From Oopsacas minuta (taxonomy: Eukaryota > Animalia > Porifera), in assembly GCA_024704765.1 (NCBI GenBank), contig JAKMXF010000011.1, positions 789,557-853,556 on the forward strand: a stretch of 64,000 nt of DNA, given 5' to 3'. The notes below the pieces were generated by a model. It did not search any database, was not told the origin of the DNA, and saw only the letters and a program-made list of their open reading frames with translations. Both the position numbers and the translations under genes were made by a program. Positions 24,493 to 36,173 of this stretch are shown here, in pieces; positions within the stretch are counted from its first letter, which is position 1, and each line of letters opens with the position of its first letter.

Positions 24493-26511
24493 TTACAGGG
24501 AGAATATTTGCGAAGAGAGTTGTGTAAGCTCTTGTACCATTGAAAAGAGCTCACTAGCTGGTACAGTATGCTTTGGAGCAGTTGGAATTTCATTTGAAAG
24601 GTTATAAGTCTCGCTATCAATCGGGGCTGTATCTATCGTCTCGGGAATATTTTGAGTTAATAATTCAGGCGTTGAAGTTGGGAGAGGATCTTCTATGGAA
24701 TGTTCTGGTAATTTTATCGGTTGTAATTTTTGCATATTTCGGAGAGAAATGGAGAGTGTATTTTTTTCAGCTTCCATCGCTTGTAAATGTAGCCGTGTCT
24801 CTTCAAGTTTTCGTTGTAAATCTTGGTTTTCTATCTTTAAATTACCAATAGCTAATTCCTTTTGTTCTTGTGCGTTGCTAAGAGCTTCGTTTAACTGGTG
24901 TTGTAGCTCTGAATAATTCTGGTTAACTTCATTTAATCTATTTTCTAGTTCGTTCAAGGATTCGCTATGTGTTTCTTGTAAATTTTGTCGTAATAGTTTG
25001 CGTTCCTGTTCATAACGTACATTGTTATCAAACATATTCGCTTCTAAATTTTGGATTTTATTCTCATTTTCCTGGTTGGTTTTCTGGAGTTTCTCTAATT
25101 CATTCTGAGAAAAGACATTTTCTTGGCAAATTTTGATATTTTCTTTTTGTATCTGTTCAAAATCGTTTTGTAATTTTTCTATTTCAATGTTAGACTGTTG
25201 TTTAATTTGCTGTATCTCTTGTTTAGAAATATCCGAATTTTCTTTCATTTTATTCCGCAGAATACTTCGCTCCCTGACCAACATTTGTATTTCATTCGCC
25301 AAAGTACCATGAGTAAGTGATAAAATGCCTTCTCTGCTCGAATCAATATGATTGAGGCAAGAATTAGGAAAATTAGTTTGGACAGCTTGATCACAACTTG
25401 GTTTCAAACGAGATTGATTATCCCTGAAATAATCAACCAAAAAACCGATCCTATCCTTCAGAAAAGTAATTCTATGTTGCAATAAGGTAATTTTGCTGAC
25501 AAATGGTGCATTAAAATTATCTAATAAACTCGATAATTTTGTCATTTGGGAGAAGCTATTCTGAGCTGATTGATTGAATAATGTTTGAAGACTTTCATGT
25601 GAATTAATGCAAATTGATAATTGATTATTTCTTGCTGTAATTACTGTAATATCTTCACAAAGACTGTCTACCTGTGCAGAACGCTCGTTAATACACAGTT
25701 TTTGCAATTCTGTCTCATTCTCTAGTTTTGATATTTTATCTTTGAACGTGTTTGACTCAAAGGCGAAGTGTTTCGCACTCGATTCTGTTTCTATTTGGCT
25801 AAATTTCGAACGCATTAATAACTCGAAAACCTTTCCTCTCCATGCTGTTAATAAGTTCCCTACACTCTCGTCAGAGTTTTGAGTTACATTTCTTTCTTGT
25901 ATTTTTAAAATATCCTGCAATGATTCTAGTCTTAGGTTAAGAAACAGTATTTGTTTCAAATTATAATCTACTTGTGTATTTAACTCAGCTATCGTATCTG
26001 TATATTCCTTCTCTCGTTCTGGGTAACTGACTATTGAATTTAGAGATTGTTTTAGACGAATGTTTTCCTCTTTTTCAGCGTAAATTTGTTGTTCTATTTC
26101 TTGTTTATATTGTTGTTGTTCTGTGATTATGTTTTCTAGTTCGTTTATTTTGGATAAATGTGTTTCATTTTCCGCATGAATTGTATCGAATTTATCGATG
26201 TATTCTCTTTCCAAGTCATTCTTTTCATTTGTAAATGCAAATTTTCTGTCATTTTGTGCTTTTTTAAGAAATTCAATATCTGAAAATTGCTGTGTAATCT
26301 GCTCATTAAGTTCTTGTATTTGTATTGAATGCAAACGTGTGTTTTGATCGTGCTCAGATGTCAAAATATGAATTTGATTTTCCAGCTTTGAAACATTCTC
26401 CTTTGAAATTTGAGGATCAGTACTTATGTGATCAGTTACAAATTGAAAAGTTTGAGGTTGCTTATCTTCACTGGGAGTAATAGATTTGAAAAATGAAGGA
26501 GGACGTAACAT
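24493..26511 (-). CDS. CCHCR1: Coiled-coil alpha-helical rod protein 1-like
   Basis: Extended coiled coil with LLTAWRGKVFELL, matching the HCR motif LLxxWRxKVFxL; LQDILKIQE motif. Confidence 0.7.
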   Translation of the reverse strand: MLRPPSFFKSITPSEDKQPQTFQFVTDHISTDPQISKENVSKLENQIHILTSEHDQNTRLHSIQIQELNEQITQQFSDIEFLKKAQNDRKFAFTNEKNDLEREYIDKFDTIHAENETHLSKINELENIITEQQQYKQEIEQQIYAEKEENIRLKQSLNSIVSYPEREKEYTDTIAELNTQVDYNLKQILFLNLRLESLQDILKIQERNVTQNSDESVGNLLTAWRGKVFELLMRSKFSQIETESSAKHFAFESNTFKDKISKLENETELQKLCINERSAQVDSLCEDITVITARNNQLSICINSHESLQTLFNQSAQNSFSQMTKLSSLLDNFNAPFVSKITLLQHRITFLKDRIGFLVDYFRDNQSRLKPSCDQAVQTNFPNSCLNHIDSSREGILSLTHGTLANEIQMLVRERSILRNKMKENSDISKQEIQQIKQQSNIEIEKLQNDFEQIQKENIKICQENVFSQNELEKLQKTNQENENKIQNLEANMFDNNVRYEQERKLLRQNLQETHSESLNELENRLNEVNQNYSELQHQLNEALSNAQEQKELAIGNLKIENQDLQRKLEETRLHLQAMEAEKNTLSISLRNMQKLQPIKLPEHSIEDPLPTSTPELLTQNIPETIDTAPIDSETYNLSNEIPTAPKHTVPASELFSMVQELTQLSSQIFSL

Positions 26512-26664
26512 AGAATCGAACTAATTATTCACATACTATTTTGGTTAGTCTAGAATCATATGAATAATCAAAAATTGGCTCTACAATGCAGAGATTTTAT
26601 AATTCAAATTAATATACTATTTTAACAAAATGCAATAAAACAGCTAAACATTATTTATCACAAA

Positions 26665-26961
26665 TTATTGCTGCATTTTAGACTGCATCGCTTCTTTCCT
26701 AGTTGCTTCTTGTAAAGATGTAGGATCAACTTCAGAAGGGGGTAGGTGAATGTATCGGATAACAGAGCCGCGAACAAAACAGTTTTTTATTGACAGAAAC
26801 TGTGGGTATTTATCAGGATCTGGTACACTGATCTTGTCTAGTTTTATGTTGAGAAATTGGTCGACTGAAATGAGAGTGCCGTGAATTAATAAGTTGTTTT
26901 TGAGCTCAATTGTCATCTCCTTTCCAACAAGTGTTTTGAAAAAAGTATGAAACAAAGGCAT
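26665..26961 (-). CDS. LSM2: U6 snRNA-associated Sm-like protein LSm2
   Basis: LFHTFFKTLVGKE..IELKN...GTLISVDQFLNIKL...KNCFVRGSVIRY..LP..EVD...LQEATRKEA. Confidence 0.97.
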   Translation of the reverse strand: MPLFHTFFKTLVGKEMTIELKNNLLIHGTLISVDQFLNIKLDKISVPDPDKYPQFLSIKNCFVRGSVIRYIHLPPSEVDPTSLQEATRKEAMQSKMQQ

Positions 26962-27031
26962 CCTAAACTACGTAACATAAAATGGACTATGGATAACGAC
27001 ATTGAAATATCACCCTTCGAATATTTAATTA

Positions 27032-27189
27032 CAGTTAACTCCGTCGAACACGGATATATCGAAATACCCGCTTATATCAAAGTCTGAAATCGTACAAATA
27101 TGACCCCTGTCAAAGTAGCAGAAAATTTATCGTTCATATCGAAGTAATTATCGCGGCACCTTGAGCTTCGATATAACAGGAGTTGACTG
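27032..27189. mobile_element. MITE family A copy (reverse orientation)
   Basis: TA-CAGTTAACTCC ... CTTGAGCTTCGATATAACAGGAGTTGACTG-TA. Confidence 0.85.
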
Positions 27190-27251
27190 TAAATAAGCAA
27201 AACACTATTGATCGACTTAAATAAGAAGTAACAAAAATGTTGAGGAATAAT

Positions 27252-28057
27252 CATGGCCTACTCTACTATACACACGGCTAGCTAAGCATTGAATTGTCAA
27301 AAAAATATCCAGGCCATTAATTATATCCTGTTTGATCATGAAGGATTGCAGTTATCATTACAAATTCAACTGTAAATAGGATTCCACATACGGTGGAGAC
27401 ATCTAGAATACTTTTGAACCTGCTTTCCAAATTATTTTAACCACAATGACGTAATCAAAGTTTATACCCATATATGGGAATTTTTTCCAGATATTCTCAA
27501 AACTTAAACTAATCCTTTTTATCAAAATACCTTCTACTTGTTAAATGTTAGTTTAAGTAACCAAAAGATCTTCATTTTCATAAACACTCGTTAAATAATC
27601 ATTTTAGTGATATTCGCCGTAAAAACAGCATTAAAAAGTCAATCCTAGAAAATCGAAGAAATTCCATCAAAAAATGTATGCAAACACAAAATAAGTCGTA
27701 ATTATTAACCATTTTGCATAAGTATATTTTAATACAATCTTTCTATTGTGTTTTTGTGCTAAGTTAATACGAATCTTGATTCACTTCATGGGATTTGTGG
27801 TTTTTTCGATAATAATGGTATTTATTAGTAATAATTACCATTATTTGAAGGTGAACTTTGATTACGTCATTGTGGTTAACATAACTTGGAAAGCAGGTTC
27901 AAAAGTATTCTAGATGTCTCCGCCGTATGTGGAATCCTATTTACAGTTGAATTTGTAATGATAACAGCAATCCTTCATGATCAAACAGGATATAATCAAT
28001 GGCCTGGATATTTTTTGGCAATTCTTTGCTTATCTAGCTGTGTATATAGAGGCCATG
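27252..28057. mobile_element. Non-autonomous DNA transposon, 806 bp, with ~200-220 bp TIRs and 8-bp TSD (P- or hAT-like)
   Basis: Arms 27252..27472 and 27855..28057 are near-perfect reverse complements; termini CATGGCC/GGCCATG; identical flanks GGAATAAT at 27244..27251 and 28058..28065. Confidence 0.9.
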
Positions 28058-28124
28058 GGAATAATACAGTCTTTAAATTAAGAAAAGTAAATAAACATAT
28101 AGTTAACGTATAAAACAAATAATA

Positions 28125-31070
28125 TTAATCTTTCCACTCGTAAACTGCGCTAAAAGTTCTTATCTGCATCGGTCCAAGTTTGATGCTCAAATCGTCTCCA
28201 AATGGAGGATCATACACTTGAGACCAGTCTTTTGATTCCACCCCGTTATTAGTCGCGAAATGTAACCGCGAAATATCAGAAAGTTTCGCATTTGCACCTA
28301 AACCTAATTCAACTACTGAGGTTATAGTAAAATATTTGAAAAGATTCGCGAGTGATAAAGTTACAGTCGAATTATTTTCTGTTTCTTCAAACATATGTTC
28401 GAATCGTAATAGAATTGTATTAGCTGATGCGTTATCATGTGACAGAGTAAGCAAATGGATTTGATATGGTAATTCCATTGCTAACCCCGTGAAATTAAAC
28501 ATCCCCAAACGGCTAGATTTCTCAATAGAACCACTGAATGCAGTAGTCGGTGACATCATTATTTCCTCGCCTAGAGATCTATGACGTATATCTTTCACAT
28601 GTTTAAGAATGACGTAATGTTTCCCGCGGATTATCAAGCCATCTCCAAACTGCCCTGTCTCGTTTATAGGTTCACCAACTCCACGCTTATCATCAACTAG
28701 TGTCCGTCTATGCACCATTAACTCAATGCAACCATCTTTCAAACTTGTTCCTCCTTGCGATCGATCATTTAGCAACACAAACTGTATGCCTTTAGATTCA
28801 TCAACCAATGCAATACGACTGTTAACAGGGTAGTAATTCCCTGCTGCAGGCTCGGTTTGATTTAATGGCCATGTTGGTCGAAAGTTACGTACACGCTTCT
28901 GCATGCTACGACCATTAGCGTCTGTGTACCAAACGCCATGTGTCTGTAGAGGAGTACAAAATCTTGAAATTATTTCTCTACCCTGTCCATCTTTGAATGG
29001 TATAGGCCCAATTGTATACTCAAACTCTACGTAATCTTTGCCTTCGAAAATACGGACAACTTGGCTGACCCAATTTGAGAATGTTTGCCGAACTTCCTTC
29101 ACGATTTTTCCGTTTATATTTTGAATAGTTTGTGTGGAGGAGATTAATATTGGTGTGCTAGAATTTGGCCTAAAGATATAAGCACCAGAGGCTTGATGGC
29201 TATGCTTTTCATTTCCTACACTAGAATTATACTCAAAGTAGCCTTGATTCATTTCCAATGATATTCCATTCGTAAGGTCACTCACTGCCGTTAGCTTGCC
29301 ATCAGAAAATGTTACAGCCATTTTGTTATTTTTCATTGTAAAACTTTTTGCTGAATTTAGTTTATGAATTTTGCTTATTTTCCTGGATTTATTCTTATTA
29401 TATTTCAATTCATAACGAGTATAACCTAATGCAGGCAGGTCAGCAATGAAATTCAGTTCGTATTTTCCAGTACCAGAAGTACCAGCTATTGACTTCGTAA
29501 TGGAAGATACGGGAAACAAGTCTATGTCCAAAGTATTCCCTTTCACATCAGTCAAAGTGTAACTACTATTTTCTTTAACCGGGAGTCTCAATGGGACCTT
29601 TCTAGAACGAGCCATGGGATTGTAAACAATAAACCAGTAGGAAGCGGAATCTTGTATATGAACACAGGAAGATATGTTTAAATACTCACAGAATTTAAAA
29701 TCGAATACGATAGTAGATGGTCCGTTAATTAAAGTATTTAATGCTCCCTTGATTAGGTTTTGACATGAGTTCTGACCGATATGTAATCTCAGGGCATAGT
29801 CGTTAGCTACATGCTGTTTCTCAGTTCCGGAAACCGCATCGTGATGTTGTGCTACACCCATAGCTTCTTCTAGGACATGACTACCCTGGCCGACAACTGA
29901 CTCGCGGAATTTCTCACTTTTCACAGGGCGCGTTGCGAAAATTTCCAAATGTCGACAAGATTGCAGGAACGAGTTTAATTCACGGACATAGCCTTTCAAA
30001 GCGGGTCTTGATGTAAAATATCCGGTCCAAAAACAACTTGGACAATCTGCGTAAGGGAAGAAATCATCTGTTTTAACTTTCCACTTTAAATTAGCATCAT
30101 ATAGCGCTTTAGTGAATTTTGAAGGGGTGGAGTAAAACGCGTTTACACGCGAATCCTTATTCACATATTTCATTAATTTATCCATATTTGTATACCAACT
30201 TTTAGCACTCATGTATTGAAAATCTGAACCCATTGTAAGCATTATGTCATTAGTACGGTGATGTTTAGCTTGTTCTAAAGTATAATTTAGAAATGTTTTA
30301 ACCCTTTCTTCTACATTGTTGTCGAATAGATCGGGGTCGTCTTGAATCGGTGGATCTTTACATCGTATGTCGTAGCAAAATGTACTGGGTGGACCGTATG
30401 AAGTGTGATAAAGCGCACCGGTGAATATATTCGAGTTAGCACCTAAGGTCTGCGAGCCTTGCCATACCATTTGCAATTCCTGCGCTTTTTCCCGTGTTTT
30501 ATAATCCTGATAGTCAATACGTGCGAAATAAAACGAACTAAATCCAATCATTGCATGGATACTAGCTTGTTCAGAAGAATGTCCAAACGGATCAATATGC
30601 CAAGCAACAGTAGGGCGAGCATGATCACCGAATTCATCGCGAATAAATCTCAATCCTAACGACATTTGGTCTATTATAGCATTGTAATGTGTGCCAGCTT
30701 CATCGTTCATGCACCAACCACCATTTATGAATTCCAATTGACCCATACGTACAAGTTTTTTAACGTTCTCACGCATCGTGTCATCTTGTCTACGCCACCA
30801 ACGCATGAAAAATGCCATTTCAACATAGATAAAGTGACGATTTGAATCTAACATTAATTCAGGTATAACTGAATCGAGTATGTACTGTACTCCTGCTACC
30901 TGAATACTCTCATTGGCCCCGTAATAGTACTGATCAACTGTTTTAAGCCAACCTACGTCATCATGGGTGTGTGGAACGAAGTGTATATTCACAGTATCGT
31001 CCTTATAAGCCCATACAAACAGCTGGGGAAGGAGTAGGATAATGGAAAGTATGAAGAAGATATGATTCAT
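28125..31070 (-). CDS. MAN2B1: Lysosomal alpha-mannosidase (GH38), single exon, 981 aa
   Basis: Signal peptide; VPHTHDDVGWLKTVDQY, GQLEFINGGWCMNDEA, WHIDPFGHS, WTGYFTSRPALK, AQHHDAVSGTEKQHV, ELMVHRR. Confidence 0.96.
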   Translation of the reverse strand: MNHIFFILSIILLLPQLFVWAYKDDTVNIHFVPHTHDDVGWLKTVDQYYYGANESIQVAGVQYILDSVIPELMLDSNRHFIYVEMAFFMRWWRRQDDTMRENVKKLVRMGQLEFINGGWCMNDEAGTHYNAIIDQMSLGLRFIRDEFGDHARPTVAWHIDPFGHSSEQASIHAMIGFSSFYFARIDYQDYKTREKAQELQMVWQGSQTLGANSNIFTGALYHTSYGPPSTFCYDIRCKDPPIQDDPDLFDNNVEERVKTFLNYTLEQAKHHRTNDIMLTMGSDFQYMSAKSWYTNMDKLMKYVNKDSRVNAFYSTPSKFTKALYDANLKWKVKTDDFFPYADCPSCFWTGYFTSRPALKGYVRELNSFLQSCRHLEIFATRPVKSEKFRESVVGQGSHVLEEAMGVAQHHDAVSGTEKQHVANDYALRLHIGQNSCQNLIKGALNTLINGPSTIVFDFKFCEYLNISSCVHIQDSASYWFIVYNPMARSRKVPLRLPVKENSSYTLTDVKGNTLDIDLFPVSSITKSIAGTSGTGKYELNFIADLPALGYTRYELKYNKNKSRKISKIHKLNSAKSFTMKNNKMAVTFSDGKLTAVSDLTNGISLEMNQGYFEYNSSVGNEKHSHQASGAYIFRPNSSTPILISSTQTIQNINGKIVKEVRQTFSNWVSQVVRIFEGKDYVEFEYTIGPIPFKDGQGREIISRFCTPLQTHGVWYTDANGRSMQKRVRNFRPTWPLNQTEPAAGNYYPVNSRIALVDESKGIQFVLLNDRSQGGTSLKDGCIELMVHRRTLVDDKRGVGEPINETGQFGDGLIIRGKHYVILKHVKDIRHRSLGEEIMMSPTTAFSGSIEKSSRLGMFNFTGLAMELPYQIHLLTLSHDNASANTILLRFEHMFEETENNSTVTLSLANLFKYFTITSVVELGLGANAKLSDISRLHFATNNGVESKDWSQVYDPPFGDDLSIKLGPMQIRTFSAVYEWKD

Positions 31071-31348
31071 TAATATTTCTATAAGAAACGCTAAAATATG
31101 ACTTTAAATTTAATAATAAAAGAAACGAAACCACTAACCTATATAGACATAGGGCTATATTAATATAATGGTATCATTATGCGTAGATATGAGATAATAA
31201 TTGCAATAATTCCAGCAGAAGTTAGAATAACTAAAATATTACTAAATAAGGTATCTAACTAGAACAAACACTATCTATGATCTAAAAAGAGAGGGGTAAT
31301 ACATGCATTTGCCACCGATTGAAATCGAGAATATTGATCCTTTGAATA

Positions 31349-31418
31349 CAGTTAAACCTCCAAAAACGGGGTGTCAGGGAAGCCGAAAAATGCTACCTCG
31401 TTTGTGGAGGCTCATTTT
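31349..31418. mobile_element. MITE family C copy (CAGT-AAACCTCC TIR)
   Basis: TA-CAGTTAAACCTCCAAAAACGGGG ... CCGAAAAATGCTACC ... TTTGTGGAGG; core shared with 41519..41599 and 52041..52117. Confidence 0.6.
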
Positions 31419-31550
31419 ACCCAAAAAGTTCATAACTATATCCACTTAGACTATGGCATTTCCCAATGTATAGATATTTATTGATATGTGTGTGTAATAG
31501 ATAATTTGAATAAATAAGAATGGTATACGAATAATAATCATATGGAGGAT

Positions 31551-34500
31551 CTAGATAACAAGTTGAGCATTCATACCGTGGTTACCTTTAGCGTACATAG
31601 GTAGGTGATAGAAATTGTAGTTTAGATAGTTCATTAGATGTTTACGTATACAGTCACGGGTTTGTGAATCTGCGTACACACGTTTCAATTCTTTCAGATG
31701 AAGATCGGTTATTTTCCATTCTTTTTGGAGAATTTGGTTGACTGTGTCTTGAAATGTATCTTCAGTTTCGAAGTTAAGAGGTTGGGTTGCTAGAATTTGT
31801 TGTAATTCTTGTTTAAAATCCTCGAAGCGATCGTGAAAAACCGCGAGAAGAGAAGATTCGCGGAAAAACTTGTAAAAATCTATGATTTTCTTATTCTTAT
31901 ATCTAGCTGAGAGATTGTTGAGCAATTTTTCGTGCATGCCATAAATTGCAATAATATTTTCAACTTCGAATTTAGAATTTGCCAAACAAGTTACATGTAC
32001 TACATACCCGTATTCATCCAAAATAATACTGAAATAACCGTTCTCTTCTGTCGTAGTTATCAATTGTTTTTGAGGATTAAATTTAGATTTTTCTTCAGTT
32101 TTCAATTCATCTGGAATAGGTTTAAATATGTCTAAGTAGTAAGTTGAACCAGGTAACACTGTGTATATGATTTTAGGTTTGCTGAAGGTAGGAATTAGAT
32201 TCTGATCTTGTGCTTCAGTGGGCTCAGCTTGAAGCGGATCGAATTTTGTCAAAACTTCGAGAGCAAGTTTCTCCCCAACTTCCCTACTATTGTAATGCTT
32301 CAATCGCCAAGGATTGCAGTAATATCGTCTACTGAACTTTGTAAGTGGACCTGCGGCGTAGACTGCTGGATCATTCGTGTGAAAAGCGCGATCGATAACC
32401 AAACGACCGTCGTAGACAAGACAAGCATCATTCATTGCTTTAAATGCACAGACATCTACATCTTTATTATACAAATACACAAATAATGTATAACCGAATG
32501 ACAATTTCTCTTTATCCTCTCCTACTCCTGTCTCAATTACCACATTCCAAATGTACTCTTCTGTACCCAAACGAACGAATTCATTAACAACACCCTTAAT
32601 TACCTGCACACCCATTTCTTTGCATATATCTTCCATTTTCTTGTGAATATATTTATTGTTAAATGGGTTATTAGCGTGTTTATATGGTGGCAATACAAAC
32701 CGTATTCTTCCTGACACAATCCCATGCTCCAATACATAATTCAATGCAGCATAGCTCTCAATAGTATTCCCGTAGATAACTATATTTGAATCTCCATCAG
32801 ATAAATTCAATAGGCTCTTCTCTAATTGCTTCAACTCGTGTGTATCATTACAAACAAGTACAGGGTTTGTGACGTCACAATTCGCTGGTAATTGGTATTG
32901 CTCTCCACAACATAGAATTAGATTATCATACGGAATGACGTCATTATTAGAAGTAGTCAAATTCTGACTATCTCTGTCGATTTTGATAACCTCACCTAAC
33001 ACAATATTAACTACAGATGCTAAACACGTATCAACGAGCTCATAAGGCTGTATACACTGGTTATCGACCAGCTGGTTGTCCCTATGCGAGTGTAAGCCGC
33101 GTTTTGACACTAGTGTTATGTTATTGAATGTCAAATGTGAAGAGTTGTACAGCAAGAATTGTAGGAAAGAGAGAGAGGTATCTGAAGTGCCTACTACTAC
33201 AATACGATGGTTAATGGCTATTTTAGGCTCTAAGGTTAGTTTCCTATTAAAATGGTATAACACACATGAATCTTGTTCTGTTGTTATTTTATCCGAGGGA
33301 GCATTCTCTCTTATCTGCTCTAGAGGGTATATAATTTGCCTCCTTGGGCGTACAGGTATCATAGCGTTAATTACAGACATGGCCGAATGGGTATCTTGGT
33401 GTTGGACAGAATATGCTGGGTAGAGAGGATAATATAAACATGTTTTGTGTGATTGTCGTAATACTTCTTTCAAAATGAATTTCATATGTCTCTGGAATAC
33501 TGGATTTACAATACAGAAATTCAAATGACCGTGTTCATGTTGTCTATGGTAATTGTAGTAGATGAATTCTTCTATGTTAAATCTAGCGCGGATATATTCA
33601 ATTTCGTGCTCTGTTCGTATAACGACCGCACCAACAATCTGGGTGAGACATTTAGCGACGAAGAAGTATAACGGTAAAGCATCATGCTCCACCGGATCAC
33701 TATGCTGCGTCAAAAACCGCGATAAATCTTCTAAAACATTCGCAGAAACGTTCAAGCCAGAAACCAAACTCTTAATACCTTCGATATCATCTTCACAAGC
33801 TAAACTAACTGTAATAAAATCTAAAATCGATCCTTTATGCAATACATATAATTCATGGTCAAAAACTACACCAGATTTAGGAGGGACCCTAGTATATCCT
33901 TGTTGTAGTAATGGATGTTCTGGCACAATATGAGGCTGTGTGAGTACACAGTAATCATGATTAGGCCATGATTTAAATATAACCGGTAAGAAATCAAGTG
34001 CTCTACTCTCATACTTTTCATCTAAACAGAATAACTGTACTGATAATGCACTATGCTCTCCTTTGAAAACAGTGATTTTCTCCTTGGATTTACTAACTTT
34101 ATCGATAATAGCTTGTACAGGTAGAATAATAGAAGATTTTTTGCTATGCTCAGAGGAGTCTTGTGACCTGTGTGAAGTGGAGCTGAGGGCAATAGCGCTA
34201 CCTTCTGCTCTTACGAATGATACACTAGCTTTGGTTGCATCCACAATTGCAGAATCCTATATTAGTAGTATAATGATTTATGAGAATATTGTAAGAATTG
34301 AAATTCAGTCAATTCCTGTTATATCGAACACGGATTTATCAAAATACCAGCAGGAATGTTTGTAAAATGAGGTTGTTAAGTATAGATATGGTAAATCAAT
34401 GAATTCTATACATTATCCTTATATTAAACTCACCTCAAAAGGTCTAGTATCAGAAACAGAATCAATAGAAATTGTAGATTGTCTCTCTACACCTTTATTC

Positions 34501-35732
34501 AATTCTCCACTCTGACTAGCTAGAGATTTAGCTAAACTCTGTCTAGAATCATTAGACACAGCCTTCTTCACTAAACTACTCTCAGAAGAACTACCAGATG
34601 GAAAATCAACCTCTTTAACTTCATCTTCTAATGAGATAGATCTAAGACCATGATATGATTCTAATCTAAATCTACTATCTAACACATCAACATCAATATT
34701 ACAACTTATTCCTATAAACCCAACAGCACGACCATCAACTTCTGCTACAAGTGCTGTTTTCTCAGGTCCACCTGTGACCAGCTCGGCTATGAAGTAGTCA
34801 CCATACGTCATATGGAGGTGCTCTGTGTGTCTGAGGAAGAGAGGAGCTAGATCGTCTGAATCCTCTTCTCGTGCTTCTCTTACGTGGAGGGTTGGTAAGA
34901 GGGTGTGTCGTTCTGAAACGTAGATGTCCAAGTTTTTGGGAATTCCTACTTCTTGTTCTGCGTTTTGTATTACTTCTTCTTCAAATGTTTCTGTAGTTTT
35001 TCTCTCTTCTTCTGGTGAACCAGGCTTCTGTTCAACCTCCTCGGTAGATTCAATTGACTTTATAGATTCTACATCTTCAACATTTGGTTCAAAAATTTGA
35101 TCTTCTGCCAATTCTTGTAATTCTTCAGTTTCAACCATTTTTGACTGGATTTTATCAATTCTAGTGAAATATGCGGTATATAGAGAAATCAAATGCTTGC
35201 CTCTAGGTAGCACAAAGAACACAAACTGTAGAGTAGAGACTAGATCAAATGCTGTTTTCAAGCATTCCCGTAGCGCTTCATTCTTTATAACATCTTGGTA
35301 TAAAAATAGACCTAGGAATAAGGAATTGAAGGGTGTAGCTCGTCCCGATAATTCAGGGTACCCAGCTGTTAACCAATCCTCCCAATTAGCTGGATCAAAC
35401 GCTGGGACAGTAGAAGGATAGTCAAAGAATGAAGCATGAGCACATAGACCCCCATGAGGGAAGGAAAGAGATAGGGAAAGGTTTGCACGCTCTAACACAC
35501 GGACAACATCACACCGTGGTCCGTAATAAGATTGAGCCTGTTGGTTCAATAGCTTCTGGATCTGCTCAGCATCTGATGGCTCGGAACGACGAATCTCGAC
35601 GTGTTCTACTTTACCCTCTCCAGGGTATGGCCCGCCTAATAGGGGAGAGAAAGGACTAGCTGTCATGGTGGGGAGGGTAATAGCGCTGCCTTCATTGCCT
35701 GATGTGCCTGCTCGTGTTGCTGGGTTACTCAT
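31551..35732 (-). CDS. CFAP61: Cilia- and flagella-associated protein 61, 2 exons, ~1334 aa
   Basis: Exons 35732..34434 and 34256..31551, phase-0 GTGAGT..ATAG intron. HASFFDYP, VREAREEDSDDLAPLF..YGDYFIAEL, QLFCLDEKYESRALDFL, RIVVVGTSDT, LVYDGRLVID..FHTNDP.VYAAG.LTKFSRRY. Confidence 0.92.
34306..34345. mobile_element. MITE family A fragment (one end)
   Basis: CAGTCAATTCCTGTTATATCGAACACGGATTTATC in the CFAP61 intron. Confidence 0.6.
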
Positions 35733-36173
35733 CAGAGCTAATTACGTCAGTAGTAGTTAGTTGAGTAACCGATTTACGGAAATACGGAACGAGCGTAATC
35801 GGAACATAAAATTTTGGCACTACGTTTTCCCATTTCCCCAAAAAAATTCGACATTTTTACACTTTTTGGATATTCAAAAATTCCAAATTTTGCAGGCCGT
35901 AATGAGCTAAAATAATTTGGAGTGTGTATTTGTAATTTTTCTAAATTTGGCTGTGCACCGGCTACGGAGAAATAGGCACCCAATACGGGGACCTTATCTA
36001 AATATATTCGGCACCGTTCAACCAGAAGTACCCAAACAACTGTATTATTATAAATTAATATCAAACGTGCATTAAAAGATGTATTGTAAATGATTTCAAT
36101 ATAACGTTGTATAATCTAGAAATGTTTAGTGAGAATAAAATGAAGTCATCTATTATTAAAATGTCCATCTGCT

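Noticed and set aside
35774-36064. 96-aa ORF and transposon-like texture between SUZ12 and CFAP61
   Set aside because: No TIR, TSD or protein motif could be fixed; probably an eroded repeat.
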